From Octopus sinensis (Eukaryota): a DNA stretch of 64,000 bases. The DNA is taken from the NCBI RefSeq assembly GCF_006345805.1, contig NC_042998.1, positions 180,854,001-180,918,000 on the forward strand, given 5' to 3'. Below, piece by piece: positions 42,780 to 58,152 of this stretch. The first letter of the stretch is position 1. Every line of letters starts with the position of its first letter. The position numbers and the translations under genes were made by a program. The notes below the pieces were generated by a model, which did no database searches, was not told the origin of the DNA, and saw only the letters and a program-made list of their open reading frames with translations.

Positions 42780-43300
42780 TCTTTAATTAGGAAAGGAAAA
42801 GCGTACGTATATTGTAACGACGGTGGATGCATATAGGTTAGTGTTATTTGTGAATCTAAAGTGCCAAAGAACTTATGATTGCATGTAGAAAATGCTTCGT
42901 GTTGTTTATTGAGTAATTGCAGTGAATTATGAATTAATATTTGAGGGCTTCTTTCAGGCAGAGTCCACATGCAAAGAGCTGGCCTTGGTGTGGGACCCCA
43001 TATATATAACAAGAATGGAAGAACTTCTTTTCGAAGATACAATTATTTACTCCAAACAACACTAAAAGCCACTGGACTTGAGCGTACATCGTTTTAGATA
43101 CAAGCCCGAGATCGGCCCAACTGGCGGTGTTCCACCAGCGTTGGAACAAATAACTTTGAAGCCGCCAGAAGAGAAAAAGAAGAAAGAACCTCGTCCTCCG
43201 TCAACATTACAATGCAGTCAATCTCATCGACTCTTCCATGCAAAAATTGGTGTACATAGAAATCAACGCCATCACCATAAGGGAAGCGTTCAGGAAAGAA
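42780..43300 (-). pseudogene. Decayed Penelope-like reverse transcriptase
   Basis: [14 protein letters not shown] resembles DVVSLYTNI; NNCIFEKKFF..YGVP resembles NN.F.F..KFY.Q..G.AMG; RYNIRTLF resembles RYIDDIF; order preserved. Confidence 0.6.
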
Positions 43301-43339
43301 ATTAAACTCTCGTGTCTGAGATAAAGCCAACGACGAAGT

Positions 43340-43935
<596 letters not shown>

Positions 43936-45507
43936 ATATATGTGCATATGCGCCTAAGTGTGTATGTGTGTGTGGGTGTTTGTGTAGGTGTAAGTGTATG
44001 TGTGTGTGCGTGTTTTATGTTTTCTTTGAACTAATACACTAAAACAGTTTTCTTTCGATTTTTCGATGGATTCATAATTTTTATATTTATATTTTCACAG
44101 TAGAATCAAGAAAAACAAATATTTTAATATATTTGCAAAAATTTAGATTTTATTTTTCAGAAATAAATATTATATCGGTTGAATCAAAGCCAGTTTGTCA
44201 GTAAACTGCGTTTAAGTGATGGAAAAGATGGTGGTAATTTGCCAAATATATGACAAAATAAAGTAAAAATAGAAATCAGTGTGAAGTGTCTACTTTGATA
44301 TTCTTGCACACCAGACCAACTAACCTTTGAATAGAATATTTAACTACACTCGTACAATGAGTCATGATTTGAAATCATCAATATCTCTTTGTCAAAACAA
44401 TGCTAGAATCTGACCTTTCTTTTGGGAAACAGGGGTGTGCAAAACCTGTTAAAAACTGATCGCATACATACACTTCGATTGAATTTTTGTTATTTATGCC
44501 GTTGTTGTTGTTGTTGTTTCTTTTGCCTTGCCTCGGGCTTGTCTGATTGCACTGACCTATAATCAAATAGTTAAGTCAATAGTGAGCAATAAAATTTTAG
44601 TTAATGAAAAGAATTTCTATAGGGAGTGAAAAATATTTGCTCATTGCTTAAATCTAATCAATACAGGTAAGCGCGCCATCTCCGAAATGTCAGTTAATTA
44701 AAATTATAATTACACATGTGGAGAAGAAAAAATCATTAACGCATGTGCTAATGTTAATTAAAACTGACCTTTATCAGGCTCAGTGGCAAATCCAGATATG
44801 TTTCAGCATTATCAAACTTCTTCAGTGAAGTATAGCCTTTTGACATTTGCCTGACACCATAATGTATCAAGACTAAATTATCTAATGTTTTCTTTCTTTT
44901 ATAGAAAAGTAAGATTCAATTTGAGAGAGTTGAGATTGTTATTTTTAGCAGGAGTTGAATGATAGGTGTTATTTTTTGTATGTCAAACGAGATCGCATAG
45001 AAACTCACTCAGGGTGGATTCTATTGTAATAATCTGGTTGATTATTCTTGCAAAATGGTGAAATAAAATGAAACTAAAATACTGTGCTTAAATGATAAAC
45101 TCTGTATAAACAGTTCAAAAGCAAGTCAAATGTGAATGCAAACATATCTGTTGGGTCACGAGGATTGTTTTCAGACATATTTCGTTTCTGGTTTCATAAC
45201 AATACACGGTGTCTTCGGTGAATTCAGTCTACCATAGCCTTGGATCTAACAGATCATTCTGAGTGATATTCGGTAGATGCAAAGTACGTGGAAGCCTGTT
45301 GACAAAATCGTTCATGCTCTTAGTTGATAAATGAATACAACTAGTGCTCTTTACCCATGGAGTGAGTGTATATATATATATATATATATAAGAAAATGGA
45401 TATAATAACAATGGGAAACTCATGGTTTACGCTGGTATGTCTTTAAATAGGTAACAAAGAAGTAAGAAGCAGAGATTAGGGTGGCACTTACGATCGTTTC
45501 GATATAT

Positions 45508-45580
<73 letters not shown>

Positions 45581-46226
45581 CGATCGTTATATTTGTAGGA
45601 CAGATATTCCTGTTTCAACCAGATAATTATCAAAAGAAAAAATATATTTTCGAAGTATGAAAGCACGTATCGTGGTTTTGACACAACCGTGACCTATATA
45701 TCTTAAACAGATTACTTTGGGGTAAATTTCCTAATATGAGATTTGGTCTGTTTTATGAAGCAGCAATACCTTTGCACATTGGCGTGAGCTATAGCACAGA
45801 ATGGGTCTTTACCAACTAATTAGAGTTGAATATTTAATGACTCTAATTGAGTGGTTACGGAATGAAGGTCGTCAGAATTTGCTTTTCAGCATTTCTAGCA
45901 AGTTTCAGAGGCTAAAGCTTGTTTCACATGACTAGAGAACGTAGCAAAGCAGCATATTATCATTTTGGCATGTGTAAATCTTGAGTATAACATTAAACTT
46001 CTACTAATACTAAATAATTTCATCAATCCGTCCTTGGAACAGGATCCCGTTAGAATTTGCTACTGACACTCATGCACTTATAAAACACTTAGCTGCAGAT
46101 GTTTAGATCTCACTAGTCTAAGAGAACCCATAAATTTACAGCTACTCTATATTTGACTTATTAGAAAAAAGTAATTCAAAAATAAATACACCAAATCTCA
46201 TTTTATGTGGATTTCCTTATTTCTAC

Positions 46227-46584
46227 TTACTCTTTTACTCTCTTACTTGTTTCAGTCATTTGACTGCGGCCATGCTGGAGCACCACCTTTAGTACTTATT
46301 CTATCGGTCTCTTTTTGCCGAGCCGCTAAGTAACGGGGACATAAACACACCAGCATCGGTTGTCAAGCAATGCTAGGGGGACAAACACAGACACACACAT
46401 ATACATATATATACATATATACGACAGGATTCTTTCAGTTTCCGTCTACCAAATCCACTCACAAGGCATTGGTCGGCCCGGGGCTATAGCAGAAGACACT
46501 TGCCCAAGATGCCACGCAGTGGGACTGAACCCGCAACCGTGTGGTTGGTTAGCAAGCTACTTACCACACAGCCACTCCTGCGCC
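46227..46584 (-). mobile_element. Full-length tRNA-derived CORE-like SINE family D with CR1-like tail
   Basis: tRNA-like head GGAGTGGCTGTGTGG...GGGTTCAGTCCC, TTGGGCAAGTGTC, internal microsatellite, tail GGTGGTGCTCCAGCATGGCCGCAG...CTGAAACAAG with short AGAGTAA repeats. Confidence 0.85.
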
Positions 46585-49269
46585 CTAAGAAATTTAAAAT
46601 AATTTCACTAATTCATGTCTCATATTAGGAAAATTAAGCAAAAGTCTACCTGTTAAAGAAATATCTGCTACGGTTGTGTCAAAATTTGGATATTGCCTAA
46701 ATTATTCGAAAGTAAACATTACTTTTTGATTATAATCTGGTGAAAAGACGAATATTTTTCATACAAATAATTGATTTCTTTTGTTGCTGATCTTTTTCTT
46801 TGAAATTAATGCATAGAAAGAGAATGTAGATTGCTAAAAATGTTAAAGATTTTTCGCTGGTTGACGTATTAGGAAACGATTATATTGTTCCTTAAAGGAC
46901 ACCACTAAAGATGTATAGCAGTATAAGTCGTATCGACTTTCTTGATAACATTTCATGGATTTGGACACGTGACGAGATTAAATCTACTTCTCAAGTGTGC
47001 CTCTATGACAAAATAAACCACAATAGCTGAATTATCGATAATCTCCTTAGCTGGTGCAAATAGAGAAACAAAACTGGCATACCTTAGATGATTAGATAAG
47101 ATTCGGGTATTCCAATACTCAAAAGATATGAATAGGTTTCAATCAAGGACATCTCTTCATCTCATTACTTTGGTTTAGGTGTGATCCTTCTGATATAAGC
47201 GGATTTCCGGTCGGAAACTCATTTAAACGAGAGACACTATATTTCTTTTATATAGAGAGAGCGTCAACAAGAACGTAAACATTTAGTCGACTATATGCTT
47301 CAATCAAATTTGGAATTTGATTACCTACCTCTGAATGACAGTAAGTAAGATAGCTGCATAGCCTCTCTGTAGCTATTTAACTATTCATGCAACTTGTATA
47401 TGTTTATCAGTTTATCTTTGAAAACCGATGACACCTTAGCTATCTAGATATTGTCTATTCTCTATAACACAAGGCTTTCTTTCGATTGCTGTAGGTTTAC
47501 ATGAGGCTACAAAAACCATAAAAGGCTTCTAAGTAATGGATATCGTAAATTAGCGAGCAAATCATACTAACATCATGATCTACCCTCAATACCAAAAAGT
47601 TCTAGGTGTATCAGAGAGATTTAGAATGCAACATTTTAAGAGTTTTAGAGAGATAATTTAATAAATATTCACAATATTCTACTTGAAGGGTCCAAAGTAA
47701 CATGGATGACTCTTACAGTCAAGTTTAGATCAAAACAAAAACGAAAATTTCATGCAATCTCCAGGTACGAGATACATTTTATAATGAGGAATACAAGTTA
47801 ATTGTACGTATCAACAAATCAAGAATAATATGAACACAAAAGAATGTTTGTCATGAATATCTGGTGTATTAGTAGTTTCGATCATTCATCAATAAAATAA
47901 GAACCTACTGGATTGTAACTGACAGACTTGTATTCACCGAATACTTTCTCGTTAGTATAACTAATACATTATATATACATAGCAGAATCTAGAATAAAAA
48001 AGAAACGGTATTGAATAGATAACGAATTTTAGCCGTTTTACTTTACTATTCGAAATTCCAACTTTTAACTGTTGATTCGTCGATTTATTGACTTAGATAT
48101 ATACGTATTTCATTCACAGTTTTGTTGTTTTGATTTTGTATTTTTCTCAGGTCTTTTATTATCAGTTTGAAATTCTCAAAGTTGCGCACTGAAACTACAT
48201 TTAAATATTTGTTGTTTGTTCCAGATATGCTAAACTTTCTAGATAAGTATCGTATTTAGAAAATGAATTATAAGAGAAGAAGAATCGACGAATTCAGAGT
48301 ACAAATAAAAAGAAAATGGATCGCATACATTCAAAAAATCAGAGTTGCATAGAGCAAAGTTTTTGCAGATTGAATAGAAGTGGCTAAACATAGCATGATA
48401 GAGACTAAGTATTGCGTAAAAACTTGACGTTCAGTTGTATTTTGCCGAATAGAGTCCATGTGGTTGCTTCGTGACACAAATGCATATTTTTGCTCCGTGT
48501 AGAGTCGCAGCTTAAGTATTTTATATCTTAAACTGAAATCCACTCTTTATATGATCAACATTTCATTACTTTAGTAATGTGTATTTACAGTTAAATCTGA
48601 AAAGAGTTTTAAAAGATTTCGCATTTTCTAAGTCTTCGGCGCGTGCTAAATATAGCAATTCAGGATATCTTCTATTTATATACGTAATAGGAACTGATGA
48701 ATGAGGAGAGGTTGCTCGTTTTTATTAATTCTGTTTCTGGAGAATATTTATGTGTAGTTTAAAATACTGAAACTGCAAATTGATAGTAACTGTGTGGAAG
48801 ATGGAGGAATAGTGTTGGATCGCATCTCGTGCGTTGGAATGTGTCGGATGAGGCAGTTTACAAATAACAGTGTTAATGAAATTTTCAAAATTACTCAGTG
48901 AAACATGTACAGAACCTCAATGACAGGTTGGCTATGACTAGAACTACCAGTAACGAGTGAAACTTTTTGGACACTTTTGTTGTAGGAGTTAAGGGGCACT
49001 GAAACGCTAAATATATTAGATCTAAGGAAAAGATAGTTGCAGTAAGCATTATGTATAACGAAATTGTTACTACTGACAACGTTAATTTAAAAAAGAATTT
49101 CTATCTCAGAGTCTGTTTCTGAATGTGTACACATAAAGAACATAATTTCCTTCGCGGTCTACCTGCCCTATAATAATAAGTACGTAACACAGTCAGTTCT
49201 TGTTAATAAAAGTTTCAACCTAGCAATTAAGATGCTACACTTAAAAGATATGCGCTATATAAATGATAT

Positions 49270-49274
49270 ATAAA

Positions 49275-49320
<46 letters not shown>

Positions 49321-49452
49321 GTACATATATATGTATATATATATATTATATATATATATATATATATACATACGTATGTACATACATACATATATATATA
49401 TATACACGTACATATATATGTATGTATATATATATATATATACATACGTATG

Positions 49453-49517
<65 letters not shown>

Positions 49518-49530
49518 ATATATACACATA
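49270..49530. repeat. (TA)-rich microsatellite tract
   Basis: Directly visible. Confidence 0.9.
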
Positions 49531-50584
49531 TATATATAACATTATATAGTATTGGAAAAGTACATATTACAAGTGATGTGCTCATATATGTTTCAAGATT
49601 CAGGTTGACGTATGAAAATTACACGCAGATTCACGTGTATGTATTTGTGAACACATTTATATACTAGTGCTTACGGAATAAGTACTGTTATATGTATATA
49701 TATGTCTATGCAGCGCTGTAGGTATATATATATGAAGAAGTATTAAATCATTAGTTAGAATGTAAAGCGACCTTAGACCCCGGAGCGATAAGGAAATCCT
49801 AATAGCTTTGCACTAGAATGGCAAAAGAATTCAGAGCTTCCCTATAGAAATGTGTTGACAAGTTCTTTTCATGATACGGACATCCCGTTGCACGTGGTCT
49901 GTTAAAAGAAAACCAGAGAGATAATAGCAACAATCACAACATCACCACCAACAACAACAAAGAGAAGGAAAAGAAAAAATTGTCGGAAGTAGTAAAGTAC
50001 TTGTTAACAGCGGTTGTCAGTTGTGCAGGAAAGATGTACTTCTGAGCTTTCTGCGAAGAAAATTACCCTCTAAAGTGTATGGGCATATACTAAAACAAAA
50101 CAACAGCAACAACAATATTATATAAATAACAACAACTGCTGTAGTCGAACCATATCAACAACATGAGTAGCAAAAACAACATAAAATAAACACAACAATA
50201 GGAAAAAATGAAAAGAATTAAATAAAATCTGATATTTATCAGTTGCAAATGGCTTTCTTAATATGACATTATTTTTGATAAAACATTGATAAACATTTTT
50301 TTTTGTCATTCTGTATTCAAAAAGTAAAAGGAAAGTACAGAAACAACTAAAGGGAACATTATGGGCGTTTATGCACTTTTGTTTAGTTAGAAAGCTGTTC
50401 AGTTAAGCTCAGACACCTTTGAAATCAGCTTAAGTTCTTATATTCTCAGAATAGACATCAATGTTTGTCTGTAACCTCTTTTAATAAACAGGTATCGTGT
50501 ATATTTACAACTATTTCAACCTGATACAATAATAATAATAATAATAACAACAACAACAACAACGAGGTCTATCAAAAATAAAAT

Positions 50585-50865
50585 GTATCAAACCAATGAA
50601 CATAGCACCTAAACAACTCTGGACCCCTATAACAATTGCAGAGGTCACCCAGGCACTGCAAAAATGGAAGGTACCCAAGCACAAGAAGATCTCCAGCTTC
50701 TGGTTAAAATAGCTAACAGGAACACATAAAAAGCTGGCTGGGAAATTTAGTGAAATACTAGCAGAGCCAGAGATAATGCCTGAATGGCTCACGGAAGGGA
50801 AAACTATCCTAATTCCCAAATACACTGAAACGGAAAACCCACAAAATTACAGATCTACAACTTAC
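50585..50865 (+). mobile_element. R4/Dong-like LINE RT N-terminal fragment
   Basis: ITIAEVTQALQKWKVPKHKKISSFWLK*LT..H..LA..F...PEWLTEGKTILIPK...PQNYR (own translation). Confidence 0.8.
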
Positions 50866-52132
50866 AAAGCTTTCACTGCATGAATATCGCAGATATGTAA
50901 ATAAAGTTACATATCTACAGTTTCCGAACACACAAACGATCATTATTAAAAACTTTAATATCTACAGCTTTCCAAGAGTATTAGAAAATGTAAACATCCT
51001 TTTTATTGCAAAATACTACAGTTTTCTCTCGTCGGACATGCAACCGATCATCTTCAGAAAATTTTAAAATTTTAATATCTACAATTTTCTGTGAAAATTT
51101 TACCTTTCTTTTTCTCCCTGACAGCTCGAATATGTAAACATACCTTTTATTGCAACAACACAATTAAATGCACGATAAAAATTAAGGAGTTAAGCAACTG
51201 CCAATATATACAAACTGCAGAATTACGAAAACTGTAAACCACAGCAAAACTTATAAAAAGAAAGAAAAATTGAATTTTTTTTAAATTCAGCGATTCAAAA
51301 ATTTTACCATGTAAACATTAGTATATATATATTATTATTTTTTCTATCAGTAATTAAAAACAGAACATGGTTAATTTGTTCTTTCCAAGGCCAAGGTCAG
51401 CGCTCTCATTGATCGCTAGTCGTAGTAAATACATTTGACCTTTACTGACCCTAAGGGTGTAAGGCTTCTTTTGGCTCCTGTTCGCACAGGGATGCGAAGG
51501 CCCATTGTTGATTTCTTTCTCACCATCTGCCGAACCTATTTGCAGACCTGTGGTATTTGGTCTATTCACCAAGCTGCTTCTCTTCCTCCTACTATTCCCT
51601 CAACCTTCACATAATCTCAAGTACAAGACGAAAGTCGAAACTAAGCAACATTTAATAATACAACACAGTAGTAGGAGCACAGATCATAGATTTAAATAAA
51701 TAACGGTTATACTGTCGCCATGGTTACAAAGGATAGCCACAGCGATACAGCTCAAGGCACTATTGGTGGTGGCAAACGATGAGCAACGCTGTAATAGCAA
51801 AGTTAAAGTAACTGTAACGGTATTAATTGCGGAGTGGACAATAGTGGCAGAGACAACAACCATCTCTACATCTGCCACAATACAGGGCTCAACACTAATA
51901 ATTTTAATATAGCACAAATATGTCTTACGAAACAAAAAGGAAAACTACAACAGTACACAAAATCGTTTGTCCTATGGTTAATTTGGAAGCACGTACCCCA
52001 GGAGAGAGCCAGCCTGGGGTCGAAAACGTCATCCACTGGCATAAACTCTTTACGAACCTGGATGTTCACTTAAACGGAAACTAGCCCAATCCGAGCACTC
52101 CAAGTCCACTACCACACACACCACAGAAAGAA

Positions 52133-52375
52133 ATATGTAAGAGGATCAAATGGACCCGAGAAGAGTATACAGAAGTAATATACGCCTATTACTATGCATT
52201 AAGTAGGCCATCTGAAGAGAAACACACGGCACACTCTTATCAAATATGGAGAACACGAAATCACGACAGCAACGAAAACAAGTTAGCGAATATTAGGAAG
52301 GATATTTTCAGAAATAAAAGACTCAAAGATAGTGAAGTAACCGAGGGGAAGCACGCAGCGGAATATGTGACCTAA
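52133..52375 (+). mobile_element. R4/Dong-like LINE ORF N-terminal fragment (no ATG, absent from ORF track)
   Basis: KRIKWTREEYTEVIYAYY...SYQIWRTRN...ENKLANIRKDIFRNKRL resembles the R.KWT.EE...YY...IW..RN...LA..R.I N-terminal motif. Confidence 0.7.
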
Positions 52376-55216
52376 ATATAAGATAGAAAGAAAATGAAGA
52401 ACCAGACGAAAAGAGCAACTTACCACGAGTCTCATTTGAAAGACTGACCAGAACACGCAAACGTTTGGAAAAATAAATTGTAATGAACTTGATAAAGATA
52501 GCGAGGAAAGTGGTAAAGAAACAATTTTTGAAGACTACACATTTACTGAATAACATAGAGAGTCTATGATAGAACTGAGGCAGAAAATCCTGAATAAGCT
52601 TGTAGTTGTAAGACACGCAAATATGCATTATAGAGAACCAGAAGGGTGTGAAAATTATACAAATTGACTCCCTAATAGCTTTTAGCAGAGTTCCCCTACC
52701 ATGGATTTTGAAAATTAATCACGAGTAACGTAGCACCATTATAAGTAAATACATACTGTGAGAAAATGACAAGCAATTCTGTAAATACAAAGGAAACAGA
52801 AAATTACCCTATTTCATTTAGAAGAGTAATTCTCTAATAACATTTCCTTTGTATACTTTTCTGTCCCATATTTTTTCCTTTAACGAACATGCTAAATGAA
52901 TCTGAAATAGGATCCAATTTCTATGGGATGGCAATTAACTAACTTTTGTCTATAGATGGCCTCAAATTGTATAATGCAAATGAGCATCAACTAGAAACAC
53001 AGTTGTAAACAGCACGAATTTTCTAGGGAAACTGATAGCAAATACCGATTAGGGAAATGCACCAACACAAACTTGAAAAAATTGTGAGAGTGCAAAATAT
53101 TGAAGAAAAATAAAGAAGTATTATAGATTAAGTTTTAAAACATAGACAGTAACTTCAATAACTATCATTTCATGTAATATTTTGTAGTTGTACTATTTTG
53201 AAGTAAACGTTAAATGAAATAGTGTGACCTGACACAATGACATGAAAAATAATGACTGCAGTCTGAAGTTAACATCAAAATCTGGAATGGATCGATATTT
53301 AACACGAATATAAGAGGCTTTATGCAAGTAGAAAACTATTATAAAATATTCACCGTAAAACTACCTAACTATCTAGTAAATAATAAGACTAGTAGAAGAC
53401 AAACAAAAGTGAAGAAAACATTTCTGTTTCAAAACGCCAGAAATACAACCAAGAAGCTGAAATGACATAGTTTTGAGAAGAAAAGAAAGGTGAGAGAAAA
53501 TAATTGCAAACAAAAAGATAAACACGAAGCTAAAGAGAGCGAATCTAGTTAAGTTACTATAAGTCCAATACAGGTAAAAAGTTATCAGAGTGTCAACAGG
53601 CAAAGGAAAATCGTAGGACTGGAATCACAAGAAGAAATCTGAGACTGAAGAGGCGTTGATTGAGTTATAGAGTTAAAGCTTTACCATCAACAGATTACCA
53701 AAAGCAAGTAGTGAAGCATAACATATTTCGTAAGCGCAAAATATGATAAGGATGCGAAGAAACAATTAACTTATTGTCTTTGGCAGTTCAGTCACAACAA
53801 AAAGGCACATGGGTGATATGGCATCTACGAGCACGGAAATTATTCGAGAATTATGAATTGTGAAAAAGAAAGACGTGTTATAAGCACACACTAGAAAGTT
53901 TTCAGAAAATGTAATGCAACCTTTGAGATTTTCCAGTTCACACATTCGAGGAGACAAATTGTTGCCAGCGACAACGAGGGAAGGTGATGTTTTTTCATCG
54001 AAGCAGAAATCTTTGCAGATGATAAAAAAAAACCCTTTAAAATTAATGAAACAAATATCCTAATATAATGAGTTGTATTTAAAAAGACATTGAAATTATT
54101 ATAAGTGAGAATGTAAACGAGACACATGTAAAAATATATATAAATTAAAACACAACAAAATCAAGCCCTTTATATTTTTAAGTTACTAACTAGTGAAAGA
54201 CACACCCGAACTATACAAGGGAAAATATGGATCATAATGAATATGAGAAAATTCTAATAATATAATGTTTTAAAGATTGCGAGTTTGAATATGATACAAT
54301 CCTAAATATGGGAATAATTGAAGAATTAAGAGAAATATAGATCTTATACGCTTACAAACGATATTCACAGGGACAAAACAAGGATTAAATGGTATGAATA
54401 ATATAATGGTAGCCATTTTTCATGGACGTAGATGCAAATATTATAACCTGGAATACTCAAATAATCTTTTATGCAACTACAATAATAACAAGGTAAAATT
54501 TAAGAAAAATTACCCTAAGCTCACGTGTTCTACCGTTTCAGAAAGGAGGCTAATGTATTCTAACAAACAAGATGGCAACAGATTATGCTTATTTAAGTTT
54601 AATTAACAACATTGATAAAATCGTGGAAAATGCAAATGCAAAAAAGATCACTCACTCTTAATGGAACAAAAAAACATAGCAATACAAATGAGGAAGAGAA
54701 AGAAGGAAAGATTAAGGAATGCAATTTGAAAAAAATCTTCCTGCATTTGAATATTGTCCATATGAGTGATTCTCGCCAACTCGCAAGAAATCCGTCCTTA
54801 ACAATGCATCGCCAGCAGCAAGCGAAGGAAAACCTGGAAGTTAAATATGAAATAAAGTTTTCCTCACGCACGGACGAAACATTAAAAATCAGTAGGTCAC
54901 TTGAACAGTCGCAGTAAAAAAACAAACACTAAACACACAAATATTTCTTTAGTTGCTACGAAATATAAAAAAAGGAAAGCATGCAAAAGTGGTAAAGCTG
55001 CAAATGCTTGTTTTTTTAGTATTTTACGCACACAAAGGATTCTGTGAAAATATTCATTGGATTGCTAACACAGCCAAGAAGAAAACCTACAAAAGAAGGA
55101 AAGCATCTTAATCCAAAAGACTATTGAAACGGTAATATTCTACACCTACATATAATTTACTTGCCTACTAAACAGAAAGCCTAAACAGCAATAATTCCAC
55201 AGAGTATAAATGCCCT

Positions 55217-55832
55217 AAGGTGGCGAGCTGGCAGAAACGTTAGCACGCCGGGCGAAATGCTCAGCGGTATTTCGTCTGCCGCTACGTTCTGAGTTCAAAT
55301 TCCACGAGGTCGACGTTGCCTGTCATCCTTTCAGGGTCGATAAATTAGGTACCAGTTACGCACTGGGGTCGATGTAATCGACTTAATCCGTTTGTCTGTC
55401 CTTGTTTCTCTTCTCGGTGTTTAGCCCCTTGTGGGTAGTAAAGAAATAGGTATTTCGTCTGGCTTTACGTTCTGAGTTCAAATTACACCGAGGTCGACTT
55501 TACCTGTCATCCTTTCAGGGTCAATAAATTAAGTACCAGTTACGCACTGGGGTTGATGTAATCGACTTAATCCCTTTGTCTGTCCTTGTTTGTCCCCTCT
55601 ATGTTTAGCCCCTTCTGGGCAATAAAGAAATAAGAAACGTTAGCACGCCGGACGAAATGATTAGTGGTATTTCGTCTGTCTTTACGTTCTGAGTTCAAAT
55701 TTCGCCGAGGTTGACTTTGCCCTTCATCGATTCGGGGTCGATAAATTAATTATCAGTCGGGTACTGGGGTCGATCTAATCGACTGGCTCCTCCCCCAAAA
55801 TTTTGGGCCTTGTGCCTAGGGTAGAAAAGAAT
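55217..55832 (+). mobile_element. SINE family A head-to-tail trimer
   Basis: Units 55217-55448, 55449-55632 and 55633-55832; the last unit has an alternative tail. Confidence 0.9.
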
Positions 55833-57092
55833 GTATGCTGAATCAAAAGCAAAATATGCTGAGGATACGAACAAAAGTATGCGATTAAGAAAACAAATCT
55901 CAACCTTGCAAGAAGAAAGATATTTCATGAGGATACCCCTTCTTTATTTGTTTTCTATCCGAACAACCTAGTTAAACAAGACAAAACTCGGATATAAGTG
56001 CAATGAGGTAAGGTATTGTATCACCACTACGTCTTCAACTAATTCCCACGAAATATGCGTACAAAGTATATTTCACGCTCTCCTCACAAAGTAGTAATAC
56101 CTCTATACGCAGACTATGTAACCCGAGTTCAACTCCTTGGGAAAAGAGCTATATAGTACTGTTATGAACCTCCACAATTCTAAGATAGTTCATAACAATC
56201 CTAGCGTAACTGTCTATGTAACGAAAATAACAGGATTTGAGTCTGTCGGAATTCAATACAAACTGTCTAAATCAGTTAAAAGTTATCTAAATATTCGTCG
56301 CTTGTTGTTGTTCATCTCTTAGTCTTCCATGTTAAGCCACATTTATTATCAGTCATACACAAGCCTTCATCATTTGATGGTTTTTTTAATTATTCAAGAA
56401 TAGTGTACCGTGGACTCCATTAACTAACGTGCCAATTCTGTGCGCAAGGTATAATATAACTCAGGCACGGCCGCACGGTTAAGACTTTCACTTCACAACC
56501 ACCAGATTGCAGATACAATTGCATTGAGCGGCACCTTTAGAAAGCGTTTTCTGCCAATCGAGCTCTGGGATCGATGTAATTGACCTTACCCCTTACCCGA
56601 AATTGCTGGCATTGTGCCAAAATTCGAAGCCGTTATTTGTTTCGCATTCTTAAGTTCTGATTTCAAATGATGCCGCGATCAGCTTCTTCTTTCATGCCTA
56701 CAGGGATGATAAACTAAAGTTGTAGTTAAGTGCTGGTAAGTGCTAACGTGGATCGTATCACCTAATCTTTCAAATTTACTTCGTTTTGTACCTAATTAAG
56801 AAGCAATTATTTTATTTCAAACGAAGCAACGAGCTGATAGGATCGTCAGAATGACAAAATAAAGAATTTACTACATTTCTGCAGACACTTTACGTTATGA
56901 GTACTAATTCTGGCGGATTCAAATTTGTGAGAGTTACACACGCGCGCGCGCGCGCACATACACACACACAAAACTTGTAAATTATCATAAAGAAAAGAGC
57001 GACTGTGGCTTCAAAGTTCCAGCCACCTGAGGAAGACATGTAAGGAAAAAAATCAAAGTTACTATCAACCTTTCTTCTGTGAAGATGATTAT

Positions 57093-57479
57093 GGATGGAA
57101 GCACTCCGTCGGTTACGACGATGAGGGTTCCGGTTGATCCGAATCAACGGAACAGCCTGCTCGTGAAATTAACGTGTAAGTGGCTGAGCATTCCACAGAC
57201 ACGTGCACCCTTAACGTAGTTCTCGGGGATATTCAGCGTGACACAGAGAGTGACAAGGCCGGCCCTTTGAAATACAAGTACAACAGAAACAGGAAGTAAG
57301 AGTGAGAGAAAGTTGTGGTGAAAGAGTACAGCATGGATCACCACCATCCCCTGCTGGAGCTTCGTGGAGCTTTTAGGTGTTTTCGCTCAATAAACACTCA
57401 CAACGCCCGGTCTGGGAATCGAAACCGCGATCCTATCACCGCGAGTCCGCTGCCCTAACCACTGGGCCATTGCGCCTCC
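57093..57479 (-). mobile_element. Full-length tRNA-derived SINE with tail X, 12-bp TSD
   Basis: Head GGAGGCGCAATGGCCCAGTGGTTAGGGCAGCG..GGTTTCGATTCCC; TSD GAAGATGATTAT at 57081-57092 and 57480-57491. Confidence 0.9.
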
Positions 57480-57824
57480 GAAGATGATTATAGTACCCTA
57501 CTGAAAAATAAACGAAGAGGCTGCCTCGTTAGATTTCTGTTTTAGGAAAGATGTGTAATAGTGATTTAATCAAAACTCCTAATGTGTTTCTGGTACAACA
57601 ACAGAAAGATAGTTATTGAAAGCTAATTCTAAACTGTCTAGAGATGTGGGAATATATATATATATGACGAGTGAATACTAGGTTAAATTAAAATTCCCAG
57701 AAAACAGTATATTCACCGATATATAGGAATACGTTACTTGTAAATGGCTACCAAAGTCCGATTGTAAGATAGTACATTCGTTAGCATTCTTCTGAACACA
57801 AGAAAAAACAAATAACAAAAATAT

Positions 57825-57875
<51 letters not shown>

Positions 57876-58091
57876 CGATGATGGTGGTGATGATTATGAT
57901 GATGACGATGATGACGATGATGATGATGATGACGATGATGACGATGATGATGGTGATGATGTTGATGATGATGATGATGATGATGATGATGACGATGATG
58001 ATGATGATGGTGATGACGATGTTGATGATGATGATGATGAAGATGATGATGATGACGATGATGATGATGATGATGATGATGGTGATGATGT

Positions 58092-58152
<61 letters not shown>

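Noticed and set aside
44796-44826. CTGAAGA...GAAACATA motif on the minus strand
   Set aside because: Weak stem II, no stem I and no homologue in the window; could be chance.
51354-51572. ORF with TLRVSKGQMYLLRL resembling a multicopper-oxidase strand
   Set aside because: Short resemblance only, with no splice signals on that strand and no copper-binding His motifs.
54390-56400. A-rich ORFs possibly from an old LINE ORF2
   Set aside because: Only a vague NPKDY resemblance; no convincing RT or endonuclease motif.
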